A stretch of 39,194 nucleotides of DNA from Bigelowiella natans CCMP2755 (taxonomy: Eukaryota; Protista; Cercozoa): the NCBI GenBank assembly GCA_000320545.1, contig ADNK01002099.1:1-39194 (forward strand), written 5' to 3'. Under the pieces are notes generated by a model. That model searched no databases, was not told the origin of the DNA, and saw only the letters and a program-made list of their open reading frames with translations. Below, in pieces: positions 25,160 through 36,461 of this stretch; the first letter of the stretch is position 1, and every line of letters begins with the position of its first letter. The position numbers and the translations under genes were made by a program.

Positions 25160-25291
25160 CCATTCGAAAACTATTCCGGTAGTACACTACGATGACATCA
25201 ATCCAATGGTGCACAGGCACGTCCGAGCATGTTCACCCTGCAAGAGAATGAAAACAGTAGTAGTGAGTCTAAGAAAAAGCGTAGTGAGTGA
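20239..25291 (+). CDS. CASTOR/GATS-like protein with four ACT domains (family of the arginine sensors upstream of GATOR2/TORC1), >15 small exons
   Basis: Spliced reading: MDVLLRVLDSHLSL/VSFSRKDHGMHMWMVTRMIIFPPP/LSEFFTYTETRDDHISLIVDQ ... CPYQWVGIQ ... VAHVSQCLAAARIPIFYVSTLSTDYVLVRRSQVALALKNL (21659-21786) ... low-complexity linker ... LELLTGKVVLISIERR/YLELLVKPILREIL...RFFGYTDAD/DEISLVIS ... VIRVNGEWGFNEVGLVAGIS (24475-24537)/TLHASKIELSYL/STYPRDFVMVP. These match both halves of CASTOR. Last exon and some middle exons are uncertain. Confidence 0.85.
23791..23916. repeat. Compound microsatellite (CT)n(GT)n-(AC)n(AG)n, self-complementary, in a CASTOR-like intron
   Basis: Read directly from the sequence. 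The two halves are approximate reverse complements of each other. Confidence 0.9.
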
Positions 25292-25439
25292 CCCTATTAC
25301 GCTCTTTGAACTTCACGTGAATAGTAATATATGCGGCCATAATATACTCATTGGTACTCAGTAGCAGCAGCAGCCATGGTGTTGAGTCAACAAATTTTTC
25401 GAATGCCCTTCCTCATGCTTGTCAATCATGTGTCTTCAA

Positions 25440-26050
25440 GACGCGCACGCTGTGGCGGAATACAGAAGCAGCAGCAGCAGCGGCTAAAATCTGGACTAGC
25501 TACTAAAAGCGAATAAATGACGAAAAGTAAGTGCTGGCTAAATTCGATGTCAAGGCGTGTGTACGATCAACTACTTGCATGATGGACTGCGCTAATGCGA
25601 TGCAAGCGTGGCGCACGTTTCCAAATTTGTGCGAGGCTGATCGACCATTTGAGTAAATTTGCCAATCGCATCACCTAGTCACAGCTAATCTTGCAATGAT
25701 GAGTGAGCTTCCACAACCTGGCTAGCTGGCATGTGTTTTTGCTGGCCTGGCCGCGCTGATGTACATACAACAAGCGTGCGGAACAAGCATGGCTTGATGA
25801 GCGACAACGAATAAATGTTCACGCAGAACTGCTGTGACGTTGCTAGAAGACACGTATCAACCGCATACCTAGATGCCAACCTGCTGCACGTCACTAGCTA
25901 GATCGCACATGCATCGCATCCTTCTGAAATGCATAAGCACATGTGTTGACTGTCATACGCTCTTGGCTAGCACAAATGCTGCATATACAAGCAACTAGGA
26001 TTACGCGCAACCAGATGGACACCACAATCATGCAGAAAGGAAGGCATAAA
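25440..26050. other. CATG/TGCA/CTAG-rich tract between convergent genes
   Basis: ggctagctggcatgtg, gcacgtcactagctagatcgcacatgcatcgcatc and similar. Lies between the CASTOR-like stop (+) and the KH gene stop (-). Confidence 0.7.
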
Positions 26051-26182
26051 GAAGGTACATGATAATGGTAATAATAGGTGTGTGATCTAAATTGGGGTTA
26101 CATCTTCCTCTTATCATGCATGCATCTATTGGCGCTGCAACAGCAGCAGTAGGAGGAGGAGGAGGGGAGATATTATCCATGG

Positions 26183-26226
26183 CTAATTCCAGAGACTGCG
26201 ATCTCGTGTGTTGGATCTATTCCCAT

Positions 26227-26257
<31 letters not shown>

Positions 26258-28164
26258 CTGCTGCATGCTTAATGAAGAGGACGGAGGCGTAGCACCAGGA
26301 TTCGAAGCAGTTGCTGAGCCAGATGTTGTAGCACCGACAGTCAGGCCGTTCTGAGTAGTAGTAGAAGAAGAAGTAGTAGTAGTAGTAGTGGTACTCCTCC
26401 CCCCTGTTGCCGCACCTCGCTGTTGTTGTTGTTGTTGTTGCTGCTGTTGTTGTGGTGAGGTGGACGCCACCATTGTTGTCGCAGGAGAAGGAGAGGACAT
26501 GTGCCGTGTAGCTGGTTGCTGCCATGGCTGCTGGTACTGATGCTGGAGGTAGTGATTTGCTATGTGTTGTGATGATGGACGTTGGTGGTGTGCAGCAGCT
26601 GCTGAGTTGCTGGTGGTGCTGGTGGTGTACCAAGTGCCCGCCGCCGCTGGGTTCGCCGCATAGAAGTTTGGACTTAACGTAGCTGCTGCTGCTGCTGCTG
26701 CTGCTGCAGGGTTGAAATGAGGAGACGCAAATGTTTGCGGCTGGATTTGTCCCACCCCCTGAGCAGCAGCTGCAGCAGCTGCTACAGCTGCCATTTGATG
26801 ATGATGATGACTTGCTGCTCCTAGCCCTGCGAGGAGAGGATGCGTGCGGCCCCACCCCAGCCCCCCCCCTTGGAGATCGGCGGTTGTAGGTGGATTGATA
26901 TGAGGAGATGATGCTGATGATTGGTGGTGGTGGTGGAGGTGTGTAGGAAGATGGTGGCGCTGCTGCTGCTGCTGCTGCTGCTTGTTGGAGGAGGAAGGAG
27001 CACTATCAGAAGAAGAGGACGAGGAGGTGGTGGTGAGTGCCTGCTGCTGCTTCTTCTTCCGATCTCCGCCACCACTATTACTACTAATACTACTATTGTT
27101 GGTGGTGATAATGCCATTATTACTGGTATGAGGCTGCTGGCGATGGTGAGATTGAAGTGGGTTAGTATGGTGATGATGATGGTTAAGGGAGATCATGTGG
27201 TGGGGAGGAGAAGAAGAAGAAGAGGAAGGCCAATGGGCAGCCTGGGGATGAAGTTGATGATGATGATTCCCAATCAAAACCAGATGAGGTGATTGTTGTT
27301 GCTGCTGCTGCTGCTGCTGTGAGCTGTTGTTGTTGTTGTTGTTGCTGTTACTGCTGTTGTTTAGGGAGTGCTGCTGCTGCTGCTGCTGCTGCATGACCTC
27401 TCCCAGATGAGTTTGGAAAATCGCTGCAGTGGGAGATAGGTGGTGGTGTGCAGCAGTACCAGTTGCAGTTGTAGTAGTAGTAGTAGTAGTAACGTGCGGG
27501 GAAGGAGAGGAAGTACCACCACCACCACCACCACCACCACCATTGGGAGAGAAACTACTGGAGCTTCCTAGCTGCTGCTGCTGCTGCTGGTGATAATGTG
27601 AGAGGAGGTTAATGCTGCCAGGGCCAATGCCAACTGCTGCTGTTGCTTGAGTTGTTTGACCTTCTAATGCTGTAATTTGAGGAGGGGAGGCATGATGACG
27701 AGAGTAATTGTGAGGCTGATGATGATGCGTGATGGCTGCTCCTCCAAAGTGCTGCTGCTGCCTCATCATCATTACCCCAGTAGCAGCAGTCTTTTGTGCG
27801 TAGGACATGATGCCACCACCACCAGGAGCTCCAACACGTTGTGATGATGATGAGGAGGAGGGGGAGGAGGACGGCCCTCCCTTCCTTGATCCCCTTCCCC
27901 TGGCTCCTTCCCGTGCTGATTTTCTGCTGTGACTGCCATTGTTTCTGCCACTGCCGCCGTTGCGATATGGTGCCCCCCCCTTCCCTTTCCGCACTGCGGC
28001 GCTGGTTGTGGAAGTAGCAGTAGTCGTCGATGCAAATTTGTTGGAAGCAGCAGCAGCAGCAGCAGCATTGTTGCTGTTATTGTTTTCATTGGTGCTGGAG
28101 ACATGAACCAGGGCTGGAGCGAGAAGTCCAGGAAGGAACTGAATCTTGGAGTCTGCTGCGTGCT

Positions 28165-28195
<31 letters not shown>

Positions 28196-29205
28196 ACGGC
28201 GCTTAACGATGGGGCGTGAGGACGAAGACGATGATGTTGTTGTTGTTAGGGAAGAGGAGGAGGACTGTGCTGGTGGCGACTGTGAAGAAGAAGAAGAAGA
28301 AGAAGATGGATTAGCTGAGTGCTGCTGCTGATGATGATGATTATGGCGGTTGAACAGCCTGGCAGGTTTACTACTCCCGTTGTTTAGTCCTCGCCTCACC
28401 GATGACGATGATGATGAAGAAGAAGAAGCAGTCCCTTGTGGCTGTAATGACTTAGCTTCTGCTGCAGCATTGTTGCTTTTGTGTCCTGGCCTCCTTTGAG
28501 TGCTCTTGCTGCCACTAGCGGTTGTATTATTAGCGATGAATGTGCTGCTGCTGGTGGTGCTGGTGCTGCTCTTGTGAGCATTACTATTGGTGGAGTCTGA
28601 TGGCATGTTACCCACTACTCTACTGTCGCCACCTTTATTACCACCACCAGCAGCACCAGCAGCAGGAGGAGCAGGAGGAGGAAGAGGAGCAGCAGAAGCG
28701 TTTGAAGCAACAGCAAAACCCGATAATGATGATGACGACGATGCTGTTACTGCCTTCTTTCTATCTTTGTGCTCACTATCATCATCATCATCATTATTAT
28801 TGTCATGATCAACGCCATTACCACTTCTACTACCACTACCATTGGTAGTAGTAGTAGTAGTAGCAGCAGCAGCAGCAGTGAGATCAGAAGCCATCATCAT
28901 CATCATCGAGCTGTTTGGCGTCGACGACGGCTTGTTCCTTGTTTCGTAGAGTAGAAAAGCTATCTTCGTGATGGCTTCTGATGTTGCAGCGGTGTTGCCT
29001 TGTATTGTAACAGATCCCTCATCGGCGACGTTGATACTGGCACCAGTGCTGTTGCGCAGTTCGGTGATGCGAGCTCCTTTCTTTCCAATGATTGCGCCAA
29101 GCTCCTGTGGTGGGACCAGCAAGACTATGCTCAACGCCTCTTTTGCATTATTCTCTGAAAGACTTCCCCCGTCCTACAGAATACAGGTAAATACATTCGT
29201 TAGAT

Positions 29206-29253
<48 letters not shown>

Positions 29254-31222
29254 CCTGCACATTTTTTTGTGCTGTAACTAAGCTTCCTCGCTTCATTGGC
29301 CGTGCGGTTGTAGGTGTTCTGTTTCTTCCTTTTGTCTGTCTGTTATCTGCATCGTTGCGCTGATGTCTCTACATATAGTGTTTTCTTCTTCTTCTGGATC
29401 ATCATCATTATCTTATTACTCCTCTTCTCTTCCTTACCGTTGCAATTTGTACTGCAAGAGCCAATATCGCCTTCGCCATTGCAGCAGCAGTACCGGAAAT
29501 GGTGGCGACACGGTTTTCAGCCCCTGAAGGTAGGTAGGTAGGTAGGTAGGAAGGTAGGTAGGTATATCGAAGGAGAAAGAAATAGCATAAAAGAGAGATG
29601 TGTTCCTATCAGGAATGAAAATAACCGCTGCCAATGTTGGTAATGCGGTGGTGGAGAGCTGCGAAATATACAGATGATGGAGGATGGAGAGACTAGGAAG
29701 GTGATGCATAATATGCAATTATCGGTTCGTTCAAAATTCGTGCGAGTGTTAATTTGTCGCCACCCCTCCCCCCCCCCCGCTCTCCCTCTCTTCTCTCAAA
29801 GCAGCAGCAGCAGCAGCAGCAGCCTACTACTGGCACCTTTAACATAATTCGATAAGGATATGCTAGCTCCACTTTCTGTCTTCAGCCGTTGTATTGTGGA
29901 CCCACCGCGACCGATAACGACACCAGCGGATGAGCTAGGATAGGGGGGGGAGGAAAGGGGGTTACACACATGTGTAAGGATTGAGTAGTTATCATCGGTA
30001 CTAAAAATTGTGGTGGTTAGGAGACTGGAACACTTGGGCGCATCATGTGTTAAGAAATGGTACCTCGGAATCAACACCTGCATGGTGTCTGGAGCTAGCT
30101 GAACCATGTGATACTGGAGAGCAGCTGTTGCAAGTAAGTAAGCAACGCACCAACAAATGTTAATAATAACTAAAGGGAATACTCCACCATCTCATTGTTT
30201 GATCATATATGTGCATTTCAAGCGGAAAGAGACACCACACACTCGTTTCATCCATTAGAGTTGTTGCTCTACCTTGATTTGCGAGAACGCCTTGAGAACC
30301 TCCCTGTTGAGCCGAATTTTCGAAAGGAAAAGCATACGAAACTGGGTTCCTTTTGCTTACTTCTTGCAGCAGGCCAGTAAGTTTCATCACCGCGCTTTCG
30401 AGTCGCTTATATTCACCAGTTAGCGTGACGTTATTTGCAACAATCGATATTGTGGTCCCTACAGCAGCAAATTTTTAATTTAAAAAAAACACGTCTTTAT
30501 TTCCAGACAAGCACGGACATATGAGCAGAGGGTACCTGTATCTTCTCTTAGTTTTTTAATTCGTTGTCCGCGTTTCCCAATTATTCTGCCAACATGAGGG
30601 AACGGAACAACCAATACGGCTGATAAGTGTTTCTTTCCATCCTCTTCATCCTCCTCCTCCTCCTCCTCCTTCTTTTTATTCTCCTCCCTTCCTCCTGATT
30701 CCTTGGCATCATCGCTTGCAATTTTATCCGATATCAGCATAATGGCATGCACAACGCCATTTATTGGTCCGGCGATTTTCGCGACTCTGAGAGTTATTTT
30801 GCAAGTGAATAATAAGAGAGTTGATCTATCCACAGGTGTTCAATAATGATATAATGGAAGCAGGCCATGTTGAATATAGTGATAATACAAAGGAAACGAC
30901 AGATAATGTCCAAAAACATTCAATATAATGGATTTGATACAGACCGTGGCATCGAAGGTTGGTACGTCGAGAAGCTGATATTAGATCCCGTTTTCTGTTT
31001 GAAGCGCTCTATTGTCTCCCCCTTTGGACCTATGATCTTTCCAACATCTGCGCTTTGAAGAATGAGACGCATCACTACCGTAGCCGGTACAGGCGATGAA
31101 GCATCGAGCTTGTCACTGGCCTCGGCAGAAGATTCGTCCATTCTGTTCTTTTCTTCAAAATGCATCGGTTTTGGGATTCGTTCGACGACATCTGGCTCCT
31201 TGCCTCCATTCTCAAACGGCAT
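26183..31222 (-). CDS. KH-domain RNA-binding protein (PCBP/Nova/hnRNP K-like type I KH x4) with ~900-aa low-complexity C-terminal tail
   Basis: Four GxxG loops: VGKIIGPKGETIERFKQKTGSNI, VGRIIGKRGQRIKKLREDTG, AGVVIGRGGSTIQRLKTESGASI, LGAIIGKKGARITELRNSTGASI. Final exon is open for 983 aa with poly-S/Q/H/A/N/T/G runs. Confidence 0.88.
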
Positions 31223-32146
31223 TTCCTTGCGTCGAAGCAGTACAGCAGATACGATAACAAGTTGGGTTCGGAACTGAGCTACGAGAGGACGGAGGAACAG
31301 CGAGACAGTTGGTGGTGGTGAATGGGGGGAAGCAACAAGCGGGGGATGTAAGAAAATGGGGAAGTAAGTATTTTTATGTGGGTGAGGTGGGTGGTGAGGT
31401 GAGAGGGTGGAGAGGAGGAGAGGAAGGTGGGCTAGTCGATGAGATGCGACCAGAGAGCACGCACTTAGTCAGCAACAAATCAGCCGGTACTTGTAGGTAA
31501 GATGACGTACAATTTATCCGATTTTTCAATCATCTGGTTGACGTTAATAATCGAAGTATTGCTCTTTTCAAAGCTCTCTCTTGTGTTCAGACCATGCCGC
31601 GATGATTCCCGCGCTCGCTGTGCGAATTTGCAATAAAATGACTTGATTTTATTGTCGCAAAAAATCTTGTACGGCCATCCACCTCAATTGATGCAGATCA
31701 ACCTGTATGCACGCGAACTAATAAATCTATCCTAAGTTATTTATTCGGAATTCACAAAGAAAATATTTTTCGGCAGTTTCGGCGAATTCGCTGCGGACTA
31801 AAAACTCAGGATCAAAGTGTCCTCATAGCATTGATATTCTTCGTAAAGTTACAGGAAAGGCCCCTATTTTATACGATAATGATGTAGAATCTGGATTTCT
31901 GCATGTCGCATCCTTAGAATAGTGGAACTCGGAGTGATATAACGTGTCTTACACTTCCGGTGGTAATGGCACCCCACCTCCTTCACACGCACGATTCATC
32001 TTTCTCATTTCCACTAACCTTACAGTGTATCCAAACGCCCATACTACTTTCAACCAATTTTCAGCTTTCCTAGGATATTGTAGCTAAATTTCAGAACCTA
32101 ATTACGCTCTTAAACAAATATTTCCCCTCAGACATAGAAATTAAGG

Positions 32147-32791
32147 ATGCGCGTCCTCGGAGCATACATGCTTGCCGTTCTTGGCGGTACCGAAAAGCCA
32201 ACGGAAGAAGATATCACAAAAATTCTCGACTCGATAGGAGAAAAACCAGATGGAGAACGAGTAAAGCTTTTCCTCTCTCAAATTGAGGGAAAAGACCTTA
32301 AGGACGTTATCGAAGCTGGAAGCAAAAAACTAGGAACTATGGGCGGACCTGCTGGTATGACAGACATGTCTAGTATACATTAGGGCGGTGTGGTTATTGC
32401 CGATGATGAGGATATATTAGACGATAAGATAGGGGGAAATAGAACCGAAGCTAAGCTAGCGGTTTGATCAAATCGCCAACAGATCAAATCGCTAACATAG
32501 TTCGAATCCGGCGGTAATCGCTCCTCGTTGTCTACGACTGTTAGAGTCGGTCAACGTATCTGCGAAGGCCCATGATAATAGAGTGAATTTAGAGTTTTTA
32601 TAAGTTGGGGTAAACGGGTTTCCGAGATGTCACTTAAGAATGCCGCCAATTTTTACTAATGTTGCTTGATCTCTTTTCTAGGAGGACCTGGTGCTACAGC
32701 TGATGGTGCCGCAGGCGAAGAGAAGAAGGAGGAGAAAAAGGAAGAAGAAGAGGATGATGGAGGAATCGACTTCAGTGATGATGACGAATAG
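32147..32791 (+). CDS. RPLP2: 60S acidic ribosomal protein P2 (exons 32147-32354 and 32682-32791)
   Basis: MRVLGAYMLAVLGG..PTEEDITKILDSIG...GKDLKDVIEAGSKKL, then a Gly/Ala hinge and an acidic tail. Intron gtatga...tactaat...ttctag. Confidence 0.95.
32387..32524 (+). ncRNA. Candidate intron-encoded structured RNA (box C/D snoRNA-like)
   Basis: 13-bp terminal stem 32390-32402/32509-32521 (with G-U pairs), box C ATGATGA at 32403-32409, a possible rRNA-antisense element at 32435-32450 followed by CTAA (D'-like), and an internal 13-bp hairpin 32457-32469/32482-32494. Box D is non-canonical (TCGA). Confidence 0.45.
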
Positions 32792-32899
32792 ACACTTTAA
32801 GCCAGTTCTGGTATTAGGTTGCAGATAATGTTTATGTTTACATATGATGAATCTGCTTCTTAGAATGTTACAACCGTAGCGGGTAAACATTTGCTTCTA

Positions 32900-33770
32900 C
32901 GCATCACCAGGTGCTACATGCATTTTCTCTAAAAATGCACCAATGTACAAGTATGCGCTCGCGTGCACATGTCTAGATGTGACAGCTGGCTCCGACTGCG
33001 CGCATCGCATGTGCAGCATGATGTCTAGAAGTCTATATAGATGCACTGCGCTGGCGCAGTGACGGAATCGGCCGCATGTTATTCATCATGTGCAGATGCT
33101 GCTGACGCTAGCTGCTTCATTCGCTAGTTCGGTGTAACTTCTGTGTGTCCACTAGTCCATGCCAGCATGCACACATGCGCGCGCAAACCACATCGCATCG
33201 ACGGTGACGTGGTGAACAAGCATGAGCATCGGATCAAAAAAAAGTGTGGCTATGTTCTGACCAGCAGTACGTGCACTGCTAGCTAGCTAGCTAGCTAGAC
33301 TGATCAATGTGCCTGCGTGTGCATTTGTTAGATGACCATATGGTCATGCTGCAGGATATAAGACAAATTCGTTGCTTTATATTGCTGGTCCATGTGATGG
33401 CGGCGCGCGCACGGTGCAATGTGCGATGCTAGGATGGTCAACATGCTAGCATGTGCAGGCACACATGACAGGTTGCAGTGCTAGTGTCTTAGCGCCCTTG
33501 CTAGCTTGCGCATCGTAGCGTGGCGCAAAATTTCACAGCAGCGCAGGCATCATATGTAACTGTGGCGCATGCGGTAGGTAGGGACATGCTCTCGATGCTG
33601 GGCCATTTAGCAGCTTGTACACAAGCTAACATCAATCCTCGTTTTAAATCGTCGTGTGCACATTTGACAATGAGCATATTCGATTCATCACATAAGCGCT
33701 ACTTGTTATGAATTGATGGATGTGATGCGTGGCGTCAACGCTACCATCTTCGCTGCGTGCCACCTAGCAC
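32900..33770. other. CATG/TGCA/CTAG-rich tract including (CTAG)5 between convergent genes
   Basis: ctagctagctagctagctag at ~33279-33298 and many gcatgc/gtgcac/gcgcgc. Lies between the RPLP2 stop (+) and the Hsp110 stop (-). Confidence 0.75.
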
Positions 33771-33815
33771 TGTAGTTGCTGTTGCTGCGACTCTTCTTTA
33801 TTGATCATCTCGCTC

Positions 33816-34516
33816 CTACTTCGTGACAGGCTTGCTTTCATCCTCGATTTCCATAGGCTGAGTAGCTTGTCCTTCTCCGACCGCTGAATTGTCATTAGGT
33901 TGACGATTAAGATGTGTCGTCGACATACATTAGCGTGATGATGATGATGCAATGATAATGTATGAGAGGAAGATGATAAGGGCCGGGATCGATATGATGC
34001 ACGGGACCCTCTCATCGTGTGTCAACGTGTGTATACGAATTTAAAGGGAATTGATAGTGATATGTTGCTGCTGCTGCGTCAATATTACGCTCTTTGGCTT
34101 GCGGTATAGCTTCTGAAGGAATCTCCGCTGGGATGGGTGGAGTTGGCGGCTCCTCCCCCTTCTTGCCTTCATCCTTCATTTCTACAAGTAACAACATAAA
34201 GTTGCCGTGGAAAGTAACAAGTGTCATGGCATGCGCACACACATATACGCGCACACCACCACACGCGCAAACATAAAATATATGTATATAATATATATAA
34301 TCTGTCCAACGTCACTAAATTAAATTCTAAACGCATCATAACCCCCCCCCATCTGCAGATCACCTTCATCCTCTCCTAGCTTCTTCTTCTTCTCCCCCTC
34401 CTCCTTCTTTGATTGTTCTTTGTTCTCTGTTGGCTTTGGAGTTGGGGCGGGAGTAGGAGCTGGTGTGGGTTTTGGCCGCTCCATCACCTTTCCCCACCAT
34501 CATCCAAGGATAACAA

Positions 34517-34576
<60 letters not shown>

Positions 34577-35999
34577 AATTATCATCAAATGTCAATCAAG
34601 GGAAGGGGAGGAATAGGTGAAGGGGGGGGGGGGGGGGGAGGGTTGGAGCGTGCCTGTTTGACGAGCTCCCGAAGTTCCTTTTGCTTCTCTCCAAGGATCT
34701 CTGCTGTTAGTATCTGGAAGGAAGGAAAAAGAACATGCAGGGCAAGGAAGAGGGGAGGGAGGAGGGTGACTACTGTGAATATGGGATTTACGACACACAG
34801 ACAAACAACCCACACAACGTTTGCAGCGAGAAGGAACAAACAGGCGTTGTTGTTGTTGCTGCTGTTCAACACAAAATCAAGATATCATTTAGATCACTAG
34901 ACAAGACTAACAGGCATAGATCTTTTTTGTTCCTTCCCTGGCGAGGGGCAAAAAATCGTCAATGTTTTGAGGACATTCGTCGCCGTGATGCTCTGTTATC
35001 GTGGGAAATAATAAAGATATGGCTACTACTACCGGGGTTTCGTAGCCTGGAGTTTCATCTTGCTTCTCACTCTCTGCCGTGGCCTTAGGGGGAGGGGATA
35101 GATGGTAGTAGTAGTAGTAGTTGTTGTAGTTGTTGCAGTAGCAGAACGAAGTCGCAGCAACCATGCAAAAGACGATCATGATCATGATTATGATGACGGT
35201 CATTTCGAAAACAAACATCCACCAAAATCGACAATCATCTATATATTTAAATTCATACGAGCACGCATGTGCGGAGGTGCGTGCGCGCATTTGATCAATA
35301 CGTTTGGCGACGGAATGATCATCATCATCATCATCATCATCATCACTCGTCGATACACACCCAAGTGTCTGTTTGATCCGCTGCCTTCAAAACTGAATCT
35401 CTTTCCTCCTGTGAAACTAGTAATAGAACAACGACAGCAGTCAAATAGAAGGAGAGACAGACAGACCCCCACATTAGCAATATTTGATATGTAGTAGTCT
35501 GAGTGATGTGCTCGCTTACTGTGAGCTTTGTTCGGATCTTTTTCTGCAGCTGCAGCTTTCGCATCCTAAGGAAGGGCAGGTAGTAGGCAGGTGGGATGAT
35601 GGGGAGGAAATAAGAACGTGGACAAGACAAAGAGAAAGAAGAAGAAGAAGAAGAAGAAGAAGAAGAAGATGAAGAAATTATTGGTGCGGAATCATCGATC
35701 GTCCTATGTGTTTTGCATCGATGAATCATCGGAAACCAGGAAGATACAACAGATACGTTTGTGCTTTATTCAGACTATCACCCCAGTGATACTGTAAGTA
35801 ACGTGTATCACCATCGTTGTTACCTTCGTCGTCGCCACCATCGTCATCGTCATCATCATCATCATCATCACCAGCATCATATTGATGTTTGATGTACGCT
35901 GTCTCTAGATTTCTGACTACCTCAATTGCTTCCATCAGGTCTTCAAACGCTGCCCTTCTCGTGCCTTTCGGCAGTGCACAGTAGGTACACACGCACACA

Positions 36000-36040
<41 letters not shown>

Positions 36041-36223
36041 TCAAAACAACATCTCGATCTTGAAAGCAGCATATTATATCGATGATGATATCTGCAACGC
36101 AGCCAACATCACACAGAGCCGAAAGTTGTGCTCGTAGGACGAAAAGCATAAGTTGTTTTTCCACACACTATCATTTCATGGTTTGGTATCTTTATTTTGA
36201 ACCAACATTCAAGACAGGTCACA

Positions 36224-36262
<39 letters not shown>

Positions 36263-36424
36263 GATCTGCTGGTATGTAAGCGATGTGGGCAGAGCAGCAA
36301 ATCAAAAAGAAGGCTGTTACGAAAGCATGATATAGATGATGATGGTGATGATGATGATGATGATGATGATGAAGTGTTAGAGTCACCGTCCGCCTCATAT
36401 CTTGCCACCACATGAGCCTAGTTG

Positions 36425-36461
<37 letters not shown>

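Noticed and set aside
32500-32509. GTTCGAATCC, a tRNA T-loop/B-box match
   Set aside because: No cloverleaf (acceptor, D and anticodon arms) can be built around it.
33764-34015. ORF ending ...QQQQLQC as the last exon of the Hsp110 gene
   Set aside because: The phase of the preceding donor favours the other frame (PVGEGQATQPMEIEDESKPVTK*), which also resembles Hsp110 C-termini.
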